Shown here piece after piece: positions 25,101 to 39,800 of a stretch of 64,000 nt of DNA; positions within the stretch are counted from its first letter, which is position 1; each line of letters starts with the position of its first letter. The DNA is from Eledone cirrhosa (taxonomy: Eukaryota): NCBI GenBank assembly GCA_964016885.1, contig OZ024749.1, positions 17,918,001 through 17,982,000 of the forward strand. Reading direction: 5' to 3'. A program made the translations under genes and the position numbers. The notes under the pieces are model-generated. The model saw only the letters and a program-made list of their open reading frames with translations. It was not told the origin of the DNA and ran no database searches.

Positions 25101-28100
25101 TTTCAAAAATTGATTTTTTTGAAATATTTACTTCTGATTTCAAAAACCTAAATTAATCTATTTTTCGAAAAACCTAAAATAATCTATTTTTTTATACTTT
25201 TCGAAATATTTCAAAAATTGATTTTTTTGAAATATTTACTTCTAATTTCAAAAACCTAAAATAATCTATTTTTCGAAAAACCTAAAATAATCTATTTTTC
25301 GAAAAACCTTAATTAATCTATTTTTTTATACTTTTCGAAATATTTCAAAAATTGATTTTTTTGAAATATTTACTTCTGATTTTAAAAACCTAAAATAATC
25401 TATTTTTTTATACTTTTCGAAATATTTCAAAAATTGATTTTTTTTCAAATATTTACTTCTGATTCCAAAAATCTAAAATAATCTATTTTTCGAAAAACCT
25501 AAAATAATCTATTTTTCGAAAAACCTAAAATAATCTATTTTTTTTATACTTTTCGAAATATTTCAAAAATTGATTTTTTTTGAAATATTTACTTCTGATT
25601 TCGAAAACGTAAAATAATCTATTTTTCGAAAAACCTAAAATAATCTATTTTTTTGTACTTTTCGAAATATTTCAAAAATTGATTTTTTTTGAAATATTTA
25701 CTTCTGATTTCAAAAACCTAAAATAATCTATTTTTCGAAAAACCTAAAATAATCTATTTTTCGAAAAACCTAAAATAATCTATTTTTTTGTACTTTTCGA
25801 AATATTTCAAAAATTGATTTTTTTTGAAATATTTACTTCTGATTTCAAAAACCTAAAATAATCTATTTTTCGAAAAACCTAAAATAATCTATTTTTCGAA
25901 AAACCTTAATTAATCTATTTTTTTATACTTTTCGAAATATTTCAAAAATTGATTTTTTTGAAATATTTACTTCTGATTTCAAAAACCTAAATTAATCTAT
26001 TTTTCGAAAAACCTAAAATAATCTAATTTTTTGTACTTTTCGAAATATTTCAAAAATTGATTTTTTTTGAAATATTTACTTCTGATTTCAAAAACCTAAA
26101 ATAATCTATTTTTCGAAAAACCTAAAATAATCTATTTTTCGAAAAACCTTAATTAATATATTTTTTTATACTTTTCGAAATATTTCAAAAATTGATTTTT
26201 TTGAAATATTTACTTCTGATTTCAAAAACCTAAAATAATCTATTTTTTTTATACTTTTCGAAATATTTCAAAAATTGATTTTTTTGAAATATTTACTTCT
26301 GATTTCAAAAACCTGAAATAATCTATTTTTCGAAAAACCTAAAATAATCTATTTTTTTATACTTTTCGAAATATTTCAAAAATTGATTTTTTTGAAATAT
26401 TTACTTCTGATTTCAAAAACCTAAAATAATCTATTTTTTTATACTTTTCGAAATATTTCAAAAATTGATTTTTTTTTAAATATTTACTTCTGATTCCAAA
26501 AATCTAAAATAATCTATTTTTCGAAAAACCTAAAATAATCTATTTTTCGAAAAACCTTAATTAATCTATTTTTTTATACTTTTCGAAATATTTCAAAAAT
26601 TGATTTTTTTTGAAATATTTACTTCTGATTTCAAAAACCTAAAATAATCTATTTTTTTATACTTTTCAAAATATTTCAAAAATTGATTTTTTTTGAAATA
26701 TTTACTTCTGATTTCAAAAACCTAAAATAATCTATTTTTCGAAAAACCTAAAATAATATATTTTTCGAAAAACCTAAAATAATCTATTTTTTAATACTTT
26801 TCGAAATATTTCAAAAATTGATTTTTTTGAAATATTTACTTCTGATTTCGAAAACGTAAAATAATCTATTTTTCGAAAAACCTAAAATAATCTATTTTTT
26901 TATACTTTTCGAAATATTTCAAAAATTGATTTTTTTGAAATATTTACTTCTGATTTCAAAAACCTAAAATAATCTATTTTTTTATACTTTTCAAAATATT
27001 TCAAAAATTGATTTTTTTTGAAATATTTACTTCTGATTTCAAAAACCTAAAATAATCTATTTTTCGAAAAACCTAAAATAATCTATTTTTCGAAAAACCT
27101 TAATTAATATATTTTTTTATACTTTTCGAAATATTTCAAAAATTGATTTTTTTGAAATATTTACTTCTGATTTCAAAAACCTAAAATAATCTATTTTTTT
27201 TATACTTTTCGAAATATTTCAAAAATTGATTTTTTTGAAATATTTACTTCTGATTTCAAAAACCTGAAATAATCTATTTTTCGAAAAACCTAAAATAATC
27301 TATTTTTTTATACTTTTCGAAATATTTCAAAAATTGATTTTTTTGAAATATTTACTTCTGATTTCAAAAACCTAAAATAATCTATTTTTTTATACTTTTC
27401 GAAATATTTCAAAAATTGATTTTTTTTTAAATATTTACTTCTGATTCCAAAAATCTAAAATAATCTATTTTTCGAAAAACCTAAAATAATCTATTTTTCG
27501 AAAAACCTTAATTAATCTATTTTTTTATACTTTTCGAAATATTTCAAAAATTGATTTTTTTTGAAATATTTACTTCTGATTTCAAAAACCTAAAATAATC
27601 TATTTTTCGAAAAACCCAAAATAATCTATTTTTTTATACTTTTCGAAATATTTCAAAAATTGATTTTTTTTGAAATATTTACTTCTGATTTCAAAAACCT
27701 AAAATAATCTATTTTTTTATACTTTTCGAAATATTTCAAAAATTGATTTTTTTTTAAATATTTACTTCTGATTCCAAAAATCTAAAATAATCTATTTTTC
27801 GAAAAACCTAAAATAATCTATTTTTCGAAAAACCTAAAATAATATATTTTTTTATACTTTTCAAAATATTTCAAAAATTGATTTTTTTGAAATATTTACT
27901 TCTGATTTCAAAAACCTAAAATAATCTATTTTTCGAAAAACCTAAAATAATATATTTTTCGAAAAACCTAAAATAATCTATTTTTTAATACTTTTCGAAA
28001 TATTTCAAAAATTGATTTTTTTGAAATATTTACTTCTGATTTCGAAAACGTAAAATAATCTATTTTTCGAAAAACCTAAAATAATCTATTTTTTTATACT

Positions 28101-30830
28101 TTTCGAAATATTTCAAAAATTGATTTTTTTGAAATATTTACTTCTGATTTCAAAAACCTAAAATAATCTATTTTATTATACTTTTCGAAATATTTCAAAA
28201 ATTGATTTTTTTGAAATATTTACTTCTGATTTCAAAAACCTCAAAATAATCTATTTTTTTATACTTTTCGAAATATTTCAAAAATTGATTTTTTTGAAAT
28301 ATTTACTTCTGATTTCAAAAACCTAAAATAATCTATTTTTCGAAAAACCTAAAATAATCTAGTTTTTTGTACTTTTCGAAATATTTCAAAAATTGATTTT
28401 TTTTGAAATATTTACTTCTGATTTCAAAAACCTAAAATAATCTATTTTTTTATACTTTTCGAAATATTTCAAAAATTGATTTTTTTTTAAATATTTACTT
28501 CTGATTCCAAAAATCTAAAATAATCTATTTTTCGAAAAACCTAAAATAATCTATTTTTCGAAAAACCTTAATTAATCTATTTTTTTATACTTTTCGAAAT
28601 ATTTCAAAAATTGATTTTTTTTGAAATATTTACTTCTGATTTCAAAAACCTAAAATAATCTATTTTTTTATACTTTTCGAAATATTTCAAAAATTGATTT
28701 TTTTTTAAATATTTACTTCTGATTCCAAAAATCTAAAATAATCTATTTTTCGAAAAACCTAAAATAATCTATTTTTCGAAAAACCTAAAATAATATATTT
28801 TTTTATACTTTTCAAAATATTTCAAAAATTGATTTTTTTGAAATATTTACTTCTGATTTCAAAAACCTAAAATAATCTATTTTTCGAAAAACCTAAAATA
28901 ATATATTTTTCGAAAAACCTAAAATAATCTATTTTTTAATACTTTTCGAAATATTTCAAAAATTGATTTTTTTGAAATATTTACTTCTGATTTCAAAAAC
29001 CTAAAATAATCTATTTTTTTATACTTTTCGAAATATTTCTAAAATTGATTTTTTTGAAATATTTACTTCTGATTTCAAAAACCTAAAATAATCTATTTTT
29101 CGAAAAACCTAAAATAATATATTTTTTTATACTTTTCAAAATATTTCAAAAATTGATTTTTTTGAAATATTTACTTCTGATTTTAAAAACCTAAAATAAT
29201 CTATTTTTTTATACTTTTCGAAATATTTCAAAAATTGATTTTTTTTCAAATATTTACTTCTGATTCCAAAAATCTAAAATAATCTATTTTTCGAAAAACC
29301 TAAAATAATCTATTTTTTTTATACTTTTCGAAATATTTCAAAAATTGATTTTTTTTGAAATATTTACTTCTGATTTCGAAAACGTAAAATAATCTATTTT
29401 TCGAAAAACCTAAAATAATCTATTTTTTTGTACTTTTCGAAATATTTCAAAAATTGATTTTTTTTGAAATATTTACTTCTGATTTCAAAAACCTAAAATA
29501 ATCTATTTTTCGAAAAACCTAAAATAATCTATTTTTCGAAAAACCTAAAATAATCTATTTTTTTGTACTTTTCGAAATATTTCAAAAATTGATTTTTTTT
29601 GAAATATTTACTTCTGATTTCAAAAACCTAAAATAATCTATTTTTCGAAAAACCTAAAATAATCTATTTTTCGAAAAACCTTAATTAATCTATTTTTTTA
29701 TACTTTTCGAAATATTTCAAAAATTGATTTTTTTGAAATATTTACTTCTGATTTCAAAAACCTAAATTAATCTATTTTTCGAAAAACCTAAAATAATCTA
29801 ATTTTTTGTACTTTTCGAAATATTTCAAAAATTGATTTTTTTGAAATATTTACTTCTGATTTCAAAAACCTAAATTAATCTATTTTTCGAAAAACCTAAA
29901 ATAATCTAATTTTTTGTACTTTTCGAAATATTTCAAAAATTGATTTTTTTTGAAATATTTACTTCTGATTTCGAAAACGTAAAATAATCTATTTTTCGAA
30001 AAACCTAAAATAATCTATTTTTTTGTACTTTTCGAAATATTTCAAAAATTGATTTTTTTTGAAATATTTACTTCTGATTTCAAAAACCTAAAATAATCTA
30101 TTTTTCGAAAAACCTAAAATAATCTATTTTTCGAAAAACCTTAATTAATCTATTTTTTTATACTTTTCGAAATATTTCAAAAATTGATTTTTTTTGAAAT
30201 ATTTACTTCTGATTTCGAAAACGTAAAATAATCTATTTTTCGAAAAACCTAAAATAATCTATTTTTTTGTACTTTTCGAAATATTTCAAAAATTGATTTT
30301 TTTTTAAATATTTACTTCTGATTCCAAAAATCTAAAATAATCTATTTTTCGAAAAACCTAAAATAATCTATTTTTCGAAAAACCTTAATTAATCTATTTT
30401 TTTATACTTTTCGAAATATTTCAAAAATTGATTTTTTTTGAAATATTTACTTCTGATTTCAAAAACCTAAAATAATCTATTTTTCGAAAAACCCAAAATA
30501 ATCTATTTTTTTATACTTTTCGAAATATTTCAAAAATTGATTTTTTTTGAAATATTTACTTCTGATTTCAAAAACCTAAAATAATCTATTTTTTTATACT
30601 TTTCGAAATATTTCAAAAATTGATTTTTTTTTAAATATTTACTTCTGATTCCAAAAATCTAAAATAATCTATTTTTCGAAAAACCTAAAATAATCTATTT
30701 TTCGAAAAACCTAAAATAATATATTTTTTTATACTTTTCAAAATATTTCAAAAATTGATTTTTTTGAAATATTTACTTCTGATTTCAAAAACCTAAAATA
30801 ATCTATTTTTCGAAAAACCTAAAATAATAT
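11000..30830. repeat. ~10-kb tandem duplication of satellite B with monomer-scale indels (offset 9684, then 10011, then 10093)
   Basis: Marker offsets: cttctcga 11147/20831 (9684); cgacat 14208/24219 and ctgttt 14331/24342 (10011); ctattttattata 18075/28168 and cttttcaaaa 20641/30734 (10093). Boundaries are approximate. Confidence 0.82.
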
Positions 30831-33800
30831 ATTTTTCGAAAAACCTAAAATAATCTATTTTTTAATACTTTTCGAAATATTTCAAAAATTGATTTTTTTG
30901 AAATATTTACTTCTGATTTCAAAAACCTAAAATAATCTATTTTTTTATACTTTTCGAAATATTTCTAAAATTGATTTTTTTGAAATATTTACTTCTGATT
31001 TCAAAAACCTAAAATAATCTATTTTTCGAAAAACCTAAAATAATATATTTTTTTATACTTTTCAAAATATTTCAAAAATTGATTTTTTTGAAATATTTAC
31101 TTCTGATTTTAAAAACCTAAAATAATCTATTTTTTTATACTTTTCGAAATATTTCAAAAATTGATTTTTTTTCAAATATTTACTTCTGATTCCAAAAATC
31201 TAAAATAATCTATTTTTCGAAAAACCTAAAATAATCTATTTTTTTTATACTTTTCGAAATATTTCAAAAATTGATTTTTTTTGAAATATTTACTTCTGAT
31301 TTCGAAAACGTAAAATAATCTATTTTTCGAAAAACCTAAAATAATCTATTTTTTTGTACTTTTCGAAATATTTCAAAAATTGATTTTTTTTGAAATATTT
31401 ACTTCTGATTTCAAAAACCTAAAATAATCTATTTTTCGAAAAACCTAAAATAATCTATTTTTCGAAAAACCTAAAATAATCTATTTTTTTATACTTTTCG
31501 AAATATTTCAAAAATTGATTTTTTTGAAATATTTACTTCTGATTTCAAAAACCTAAATTAATCTATTTTTCGAAAAACCTAAAATAATCTATTTTTTTAT
31601 ACTTTTCGAAATATTTCAAAAATTGATTTTTTTTTAAATATTTACTTCTGATTCCAAAAATCTAAAATAATCTATTTTTCGAAAAACCTAAAATAATCTA
31701 TTTTTCGAAAAACCTAAAATAATATATTTTTTTATACTTTTCAAAATATTTCAAAAATTGATTTTTTTGAAATATTTACTTCTGATTTCAAAAACCTAAA
31801 ATAATCTATTTTTCGAAAAACCTAAAATAATATATTTTTCGAAAAACCTAAAATAATCTATTTTTTAATACTTTTCGAAATATTTCAAAAATTGATTTTT
31901 TTGAAATATTTACTTCTGATTTCAAAAACCTAAAATAATCTATTTTTTTATACTTTTCGAAATATTTCTAAAATTGATTTTTTTGAAATATTTACTTCTG
32001 ATTTCAAAAACCTAAAATAATCTATTTTTCGAAAAACCTAAAATAATATATTTTTTTATACTTTTCAAAATATTTCAAAAATTGATTTTTTTGAAATATT
32101 TACTTCTGATTTTAAAAACCTAAAATAATCTATTTTTTTATACTTTTCGAAATATTTCAAAAATTGATTTTTTTTCAAATATTTACTTCTGATTCCAAAA
32201 ATCTAAAATAATCTATTTTTCGAAAAACCTAAAATAATCTATTTTTTTTATACTTTTCGAAATATTTCAAAAATTGATTTTTTTTGAAATATTTACTTCT
32301 GATTTCGAAAACGTAAAATAATCTATTTTTCGAAAAACCTAAAATAATCTATTTTTTTGTACTTTTCGAAATATTTCAAAAATTGATTTTTTTTGAAATA
32401 TTTACTTCTGATTTCAAAAACCTAAAATAATCTATTTTTCGAAAAACCTAAAATAATCTATTTTTCGAAAAACCTAAAATAATCTATTTTTTTGTACTTT
32501 TCGAAATATTTCAAAAATTGATTTTTTTTGAAATATTTACTTCTGATTTCAAAAACCTAAAATAATCTATTTTTCGAAAAACCTAAAATAATCTATTTTT
32601 CGAAAAACCTTAATTAATCTATTTTTTTATACTTTTCGAAATATTTCAAAAATTGATTTTTTTGAAATATTTACTTCTGATTTCAAAAACCTAAATTAAT
32701 CTATTTTTCGAAAAACCTAAAATAATCTAATTTTTTGTACTTTTCGAAATATTTCAAAAATTGATTTTTTTGAAATATTTACTTCTGATTTCAAAAACCT
32801 AAATTAATCTATTTTTCGAAAAACCTAAAATAATCTAATTTTTTGTACTTTTCGAAATATTTCAAAAATTGATTTTTTTTGAAATATTTACTTCTGATTT
32901 CGAAAACGTAAAATAATCTATTTTTCGAAAAACCTAAAATAATCTATTTTTTTGTACTTTTCGAAATATTTCAAAAATTGATTTTTTTTGAAATATTTAC
33001 TTCTGATTTCAAAAACCTAAAATAATCTATTTTTCGAAAAACCTAAAATAATCTATTTTTCGAAAAACCTTAATTAATCTATTTTTTTATACTTTTCGAA
33101 ATATTTCAAAAATTGATTTTTTTGAAATATTTACTTCTGATTTCAAAAACCTAAATTAATCTATTTTTCGAAAAACCTAAAATAATCTAATTTTTTGTAC
33201 TTTTCGAAATATTTCAAAAATTGATTTTTTTGAAATATTTACTTCTGATTTCAAAAACCTAAATTAATCTATTTTTCGAAAAACCTAAAATAATCTAATT
33301 TTTTGTACTTTTCGAAATATTTCAAAAATTGATTTTTTTTGAAATATTTACTTCTGATTTCGAAAACGTAAAATAATCTATTTTTCGAAAAACCTAAAAT
33401 AATCTATTTTTTTGTACTTTTCGAAATATTTCAAAAATTGATTTTTTTTGAAATATTTACTTCTGATTTCAAAAACCTAAAATAATCTATTTTTCGAAAA
33501 ACCTAAAATAATCTATTTTTCGAAAAACCTTAATTAATCTATTTTTTTATACTTTTCGAAATATTTCAAAAATTGATTTTTTTTGAAATATTTACTTCTG
33601 ATTTCGAAAACGTAAAATAATCTATTTTTCGAAAAACCTAAAATAATCTATTTTTTTGTACTTTTCGAAATATTTCAAAAATTGATTTTTTTTGAAATAT
33701 TTACTTCTGATTTCAAAAACCTAAAATAATCTATTTTTCGAAAAACCTAAAATAATCTATTTTTCGAAAAACCTAAAATAATCTATTTTTTTGTACTTTT

Positions 33801-36800
33801 CGAAATATTTCAAAAATTGATTTTTTTTGAAATATTTACTTCTGATTTCAAAAACCTAAAATAATCTATTTTTCGAAAAACCTAAAATAATCTATTTTTC
33901 GAAAAACCTTAATTAATCTATTTTTTTATACTTTTCGAAATATTTCAAAAATTGATTTTTTTGAAATATTTACTTCTGATTTCAAAAACCTAAATTAATC
34001 TATTTTTCGAAAAACCTAAAATAATCTAATTTTTTGTACTTTTCGAAATATTTCAAAAATTGATTTTTTTGAAATATTTACTTCTGATTTCAAAAACCTA
34101 AATTAATCTATTTTTCGAAAAACCTAAAATAATCTAATTTTTTGTACTTTTCGAAATATTTCAAAAATTGATTTTTTTTGAAATATTTACTTCTGATTTC
34201 GAAAACGTAAAATAATCTATTTTTCGAAAAACCTAAAATAATCTATTTTTTTGTACTTTTCGAAATATTTCAAAAATTGATTTTTTTTGAAATATTTACT
34301 TCTGATTTCAAAAACCTAAAATAATCTATTTTTCGAAAAACCTAAAATAATCTATTTTTCGAAAAACCTTAATTAATCTATTTTTTTATACTTTTCGAAA
34401 TATTTCAAAAATTGATTTTTTTGAAATATTTACTTCTGATTTCAAAAACCTAAATTAATCTATTTTTCGAAAAACCTAAAATAATCTAATTTTTTGTACT
34501 TTTCGAAATATTTCAAAAATTGATTTTTTTTGAAATATTTACTTCTGATTTCAAAAACCTAAAATAATCTATTTTTTTATACTTTTCGAAATATTTCAAA
34601 AATTGATTTTTTTTTAAATATTTACTTCTGATTCCAAAAATCTAAAATAATCTATTTTTCGAAAAACCTAAAATAATCTATTTTTCGAAAAACCTTAATT
34701 AATCTATTTTTTTATACTTTTCGAAATATTTCAAAAATTGATTTTTTTTGAAATATTTACTTCTGATTTCAAAAACCTAAAATAATCTATTTTTCGAAAA
34801 ACCCAAAATAATCTATTTTTTTATACTTTTCGAAATATTTCAAAAATTGATTTTTTTTGAAATATTTACTTCTGATTTCAAAAACCTAAAATAATCTATT
34901 TTTTTATACTTTTCGAAATATTTCAAAAATTGATTTTTTTTCAAATATTTACTTCTGATTCCAAAAATCTAAAATAATCTATTTTTCGAAAAACCTAAAA
35001 TAATCTATTTTTCGAAAAACCTAAAATAATCTATTTTTTTTATACTTTTCGAAATATTTCAAAAATTGATTTTTTTTGAAATATTTACTTCTGATTTCGA
35101 AAACGTAAAATAATCTATTTTTCGAAAAACCTAAAATAATCTATTTTTTTGTACTTTTCGAAATATTTCAAAAATTGATTTTTTTTGAAATATTTACTTC
35201 TGATTTCAAAAACCTAAAATAATCTATTTTTCGAAAAACCTAAAATAATCTATTTTTCGAAAAACCTAAAATAATCTATTTTTTTGTACTTTTCGAAATA
35301 TTTCAAAAATTGATTTTTTTTGAAATATTTACTTCTGATTTCAAAAACCTAAAATAATCTATTTTTCGAAAAACCTAAAATAATCTATTTTTCGAAAAAC
35401 CTTAATTAATCTATTTTTTTATACTTTTCGAAATATTTCAAAAATTGATTTTTTTGAAATATTTACTTCTGATTTCAAAAACCTAAATTAATCTATTTTT
35501 CGAAAAACCTAAAATAATCTAATTTTTTGTACTTTTCGAAATATTTCAAAAATTGATTTTTTTTGAAATATTTACTTCTGATTTCAAAAACCTAAAATAA
35601 TCTATTTTTCGAAAAACCTAAAATAATCTATTTTTCGAAAAACCTTAATTAATATATTTTTTTATACTTTTCGAAATATTTCAAAAATTGATTTTTTTGA
35701 AATATTTACTTCTGATTTCAAAAACCTAAAATAATCTATTTTTTTTATACTTTTCGAAATATTTCAAAAATTGATTTTTTTGAAATATTTACTTCTGATT
35801 TCAAAAACCTGAAATAATCTATTTTTCGAAAAACCTAAAATAATCTATTTTTTTATACTTTTCGCAATATTTCAAAAATTGATTTTTTTTGAAATATTTA
35901 CTTCTGATTTCAAAAACCTAAAATAATCTATTTTTCGAAAAACCTAAAATAATCTACTTTTTTATACTATTTTCGAAATATTTCAAAAATTGATTTTTTT
36001 TGAAATATTTACTTCTGATTTCAAAAACCTCAAAATAATCTATTTTTTTATACTTTTCGAAATATTTCAAAAATTGATTTTTTTTGAAATATTTACTTCT
36101 AATTTCAAAAACCTCAAAATAATCTATTTTTTTATACTTTTCGAAATATTTCAAAAATTGATTTTTTTGAAATATTTACTTCTGATTTCAAAAGCCTAAA
36201 ATAATCTATTTTTCGAAAAACCCAAAATAATCTATTTTTTTATACTTTTCGAAATATTTCAAAAATTGATTTTTTTTGAAATATTTACTTCTGATTTCAA
36301 AAACCTAAAATAATCTATTTTTTTATACTTTTCGAAATATTTCAAAAATTGATTTTTTTTTAAATATTTACTTCTGATTCCAAAAATCTAAAATAATCTA
36401 TTTTTCGAAAAACCTAAAGTAATCTATTTTTTTATACTTTTCGAAATATTTCAAAAATTGATTTTTTTGAAATATTTACTTCTGATTTCAAAAACCTAAA
36501 ATAATCTATTTTTTTATGCTTTTCGAAATATTTCAAAAATTGATTTTTTTTGAAATATTTACTTCTGATTCCAAAAATCTATTTTTCGAAAAACCTAAAA
36601 TAATCTATTTTTTCGACATATTTCAAAAATTGATTTTTTTGAAATATTTACTTCTAATTTCAAAAACCTAAAATAATGTATTTTTTTTATACTTTTCGAA
36701 ATATTTCAAAAATTGATTTTTTTGAAATATTTACTTCTGATTTCAAAAACCTAAAATAATCTATTTTTCGAAAAACCTAAAATAATATATTTTTTTATAC

Positions 36801-39800
36801 TTTTCAAAATATTTCAAAAATTGATTTTTTTGAAATATTTACTTCTGATTTTAAAAACCTAAAATAATCTATTTTTTTATACTTTTCGAAATATTTCAAA
36901 AATTGATTTTTTTTCAAATATTTACTTCTGATTCCAAAAATCTAAAATAATCTATTTTTCGAAAAACCTAAAATAATCTATTTTTCGAAAAACCTAAAAT
37001 AATCTATTTTTTTTATACTTTTCGAAATATTTCAAAAATTGATTTTTTTTGAAATATTTACTTCTAATTTCGAAAACGTAAAATAATCTATTTTTCGAAA
37101 AACCTAAAATAATCTATTTTCTTATACTTTTCGAAATATTTCAAAAATTGATTTTTTTGAAATATTTACTTCTGATTTCAAAAACCTAAAATAATCTATT
37201 TTTCGAAAAACCTAAAATAATCTATTTTTCGAAAAACCCAAAATAATCTATTTTTTTATACTTTTCGAAATATTTCAAAAATTGATTTTTTTTGAAATAT
37301 TTACTTCTGATTTCAAAAACCTAAAATAATCTATTTTTTTATACTTTTCGAAATATTTCAAAAATTGATTTTTTTTTAAATATTTACTTCTGATTCCAAA
37401 AATCTAAAATAATCTATTTTTCGAAAAACCTAAAGTAATCTATTTTTTTATACTTTTCGAAATATTTCAAAAATTGATTTTTTTTGAAATATTTACTTCT
37501 GATTTCGAAAACGTAAAATAATCTATTTTTCGAAAAACCTAAAATAATCTATTTTTTTGTACTTTTCGAAATATTTCAAAAATTGATTTTTTTGAAATAT
37601 TTACTTCTGATTTCAAAAACCTAAAATAATCTATTTTTCGAAAAACCTAAAATAATATATTTTTCGAAAAACCTAAAATAATCTATTTTTTAATACTTTT
37701 CGAAATATTTCAAAAATTGATTTTTTTGAAATATTTACTTCTGATTTCGAAAACGTAAAATAATCTATTTTTCGAAAAACCTAAAATAATCTATTTTATT
37801 ATACTTTTCGAAATATTTCAAAAATTGATTTTTTTGAAATATTTACTTCTGATTTCAAAAACCTCAAAATAATCTATTTTTTTATACTTTTCGAAATATT
37901 TCAAAAATTGATTTTTTTGAAATATTTACTTCTGATTTCAAAAACCTAAAATAATCTATTTTTCGAAAAACCTAAAATAATCTAGTTTTTTGTACTTTTC
38001 GAAATATTTCAAAAATTGATTTTTTTTGAAATATTTACTTCTGATTTCAAAAACCTAAAATAATCTATTTTTTTATACTTTTCGAAATATTTCAAAAATT
38101 GATTTTTTTTTAAATATTTACTTCTGATTCCAAAAATCTAAAATAATCTATTTTTCGAAAAACCTAAAATAATCTATTTTTCGAAAAACCTTAATTAATC
38201 TATTTTTTTATACTTTTCGAAATATTTCAAAAATTGATTTTTTTTGAAATATTTACTTCTGATTTCAAAAACCTAAAATAATCTATTTTTTTATACTTTT
38301 CGAAATATTTCAAAAATTGATTTTTTTTTAAATATTTACTTCTGATTCCAAAAATCTAAAATAATCTATTTTTCGAAAAACCTAAAATAATCTATTTTTC
38401 GAAAAACCTAAAATAATATATTTTTTTATACTTTTCAAAATATTTCAAAAATTGATTTTTTTGAAATATTTACTTCTGATTTCAAAAACCTAAAATAATC
38501 TATTTTTCGAAAAACCTAAAATAATATATTTTTCGAAAAACCTAAAATAATCTATTTTTTAATACTTTTCGAAATATTTCAAAAATTGATTTTTTTGAAA
38601 TATTTACTTCTGATTTCAAAAACCTAAAATAATCTATTTTTTTATACTTTTCGAAATATTTCTAAAATTGATTTTTTTGAAATATTTACTTCTGATTTCA
38701 AAAACCTAAAATAATCTATTTTTCGAAAAACCTAAAATAATATATTTTTTTATACTTTTCAAAATATTTCAAAAATTGATTTTTTTGAAATATTTACTTC
38801 TGATTTTAAAAACCTAAAATAATCTATTTTTTTATACTTTTCGAAATATTTCAAAAATTGATTTTTTTTCAAATATTTACTTCTGATTCCAAAAATCTAA
38901 AATAATCTATTTTTCGAAAAACCTAAAATAATCTATTTTTTTTATACTTTTCGAAATATTTCAAAAATTGATTTTTTTTGAAATATTTACTTCTGATTTC
39001 GAAAACGTAAAATAATCTATTTTTCGAAAAACCTAAAATAATCTATTTTTTTGTACTTTTCGAAATATTTCAAAAATTGATTTTTTTTGAAATATTTACT
39101 TCTGATTTCAAAAACCTAAAATAATCTATTTTTCGAAAAACCTAAAATAATCTATTTTTCGAAAAACCTAAAATAATCTATTTTTTTGTACTTTTCGAAA
39201 TATTTCAAAAATTGATTTTTTTTGAAATATTTACTTCTGATTTCAAAAACCTAAAATAATCTATTTTTCGAAAAACCTAAAATAATCTATTTTTCGAAAA
39301 ACCTTAATTAATCTATTTTTTTATACTTTTCGAAATATTTCAAAAATTGATTTTTTTGAAATATTTACTTCTGATTTCAAAAACCTAAATTAATCTATTT
39401 TTCGAAAAACCTAAAATAATCTAATTTTTTGTACTTTTCGAAATATTTCAAAAATTGATTTTTTTGAAATATTTACTTCTGATTTCAAAAACCTAAATTA
39501 ATCTATTTTTCGAAAAACCTAAAATAATCTAATTTTTTGTACTTTTCGAAATATTTCAAAAATTGATTTTTTTTGAAATATTTACTTCTGATTTCGAAAA
39601 CGTAAAATAATCTATTTTTCGAAAAACCTAAAATAATCTATTTTTTTGTACTTTTCGAAATATTTCAAAAATTGATTTTTTTTGAAATATTTACTTCTGA
39701 TTTCAAAAACCTAAAATAATCTATTTTTCGAAAAACCTAAAATAATCTATTTTTCGAAAAACCTTAATTAATCTATTTTTTTATACTTTTCGAAATATTT

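Noticed and set aside
35954-36199. Overlapping ORFs on both strands with a 28-aa repeat
   Set aside because: Two adjacent monomers happen to be 84 bp (an extra C and an extra T), which keeps a frame open by chance. Neighbouring monomers contain stops.
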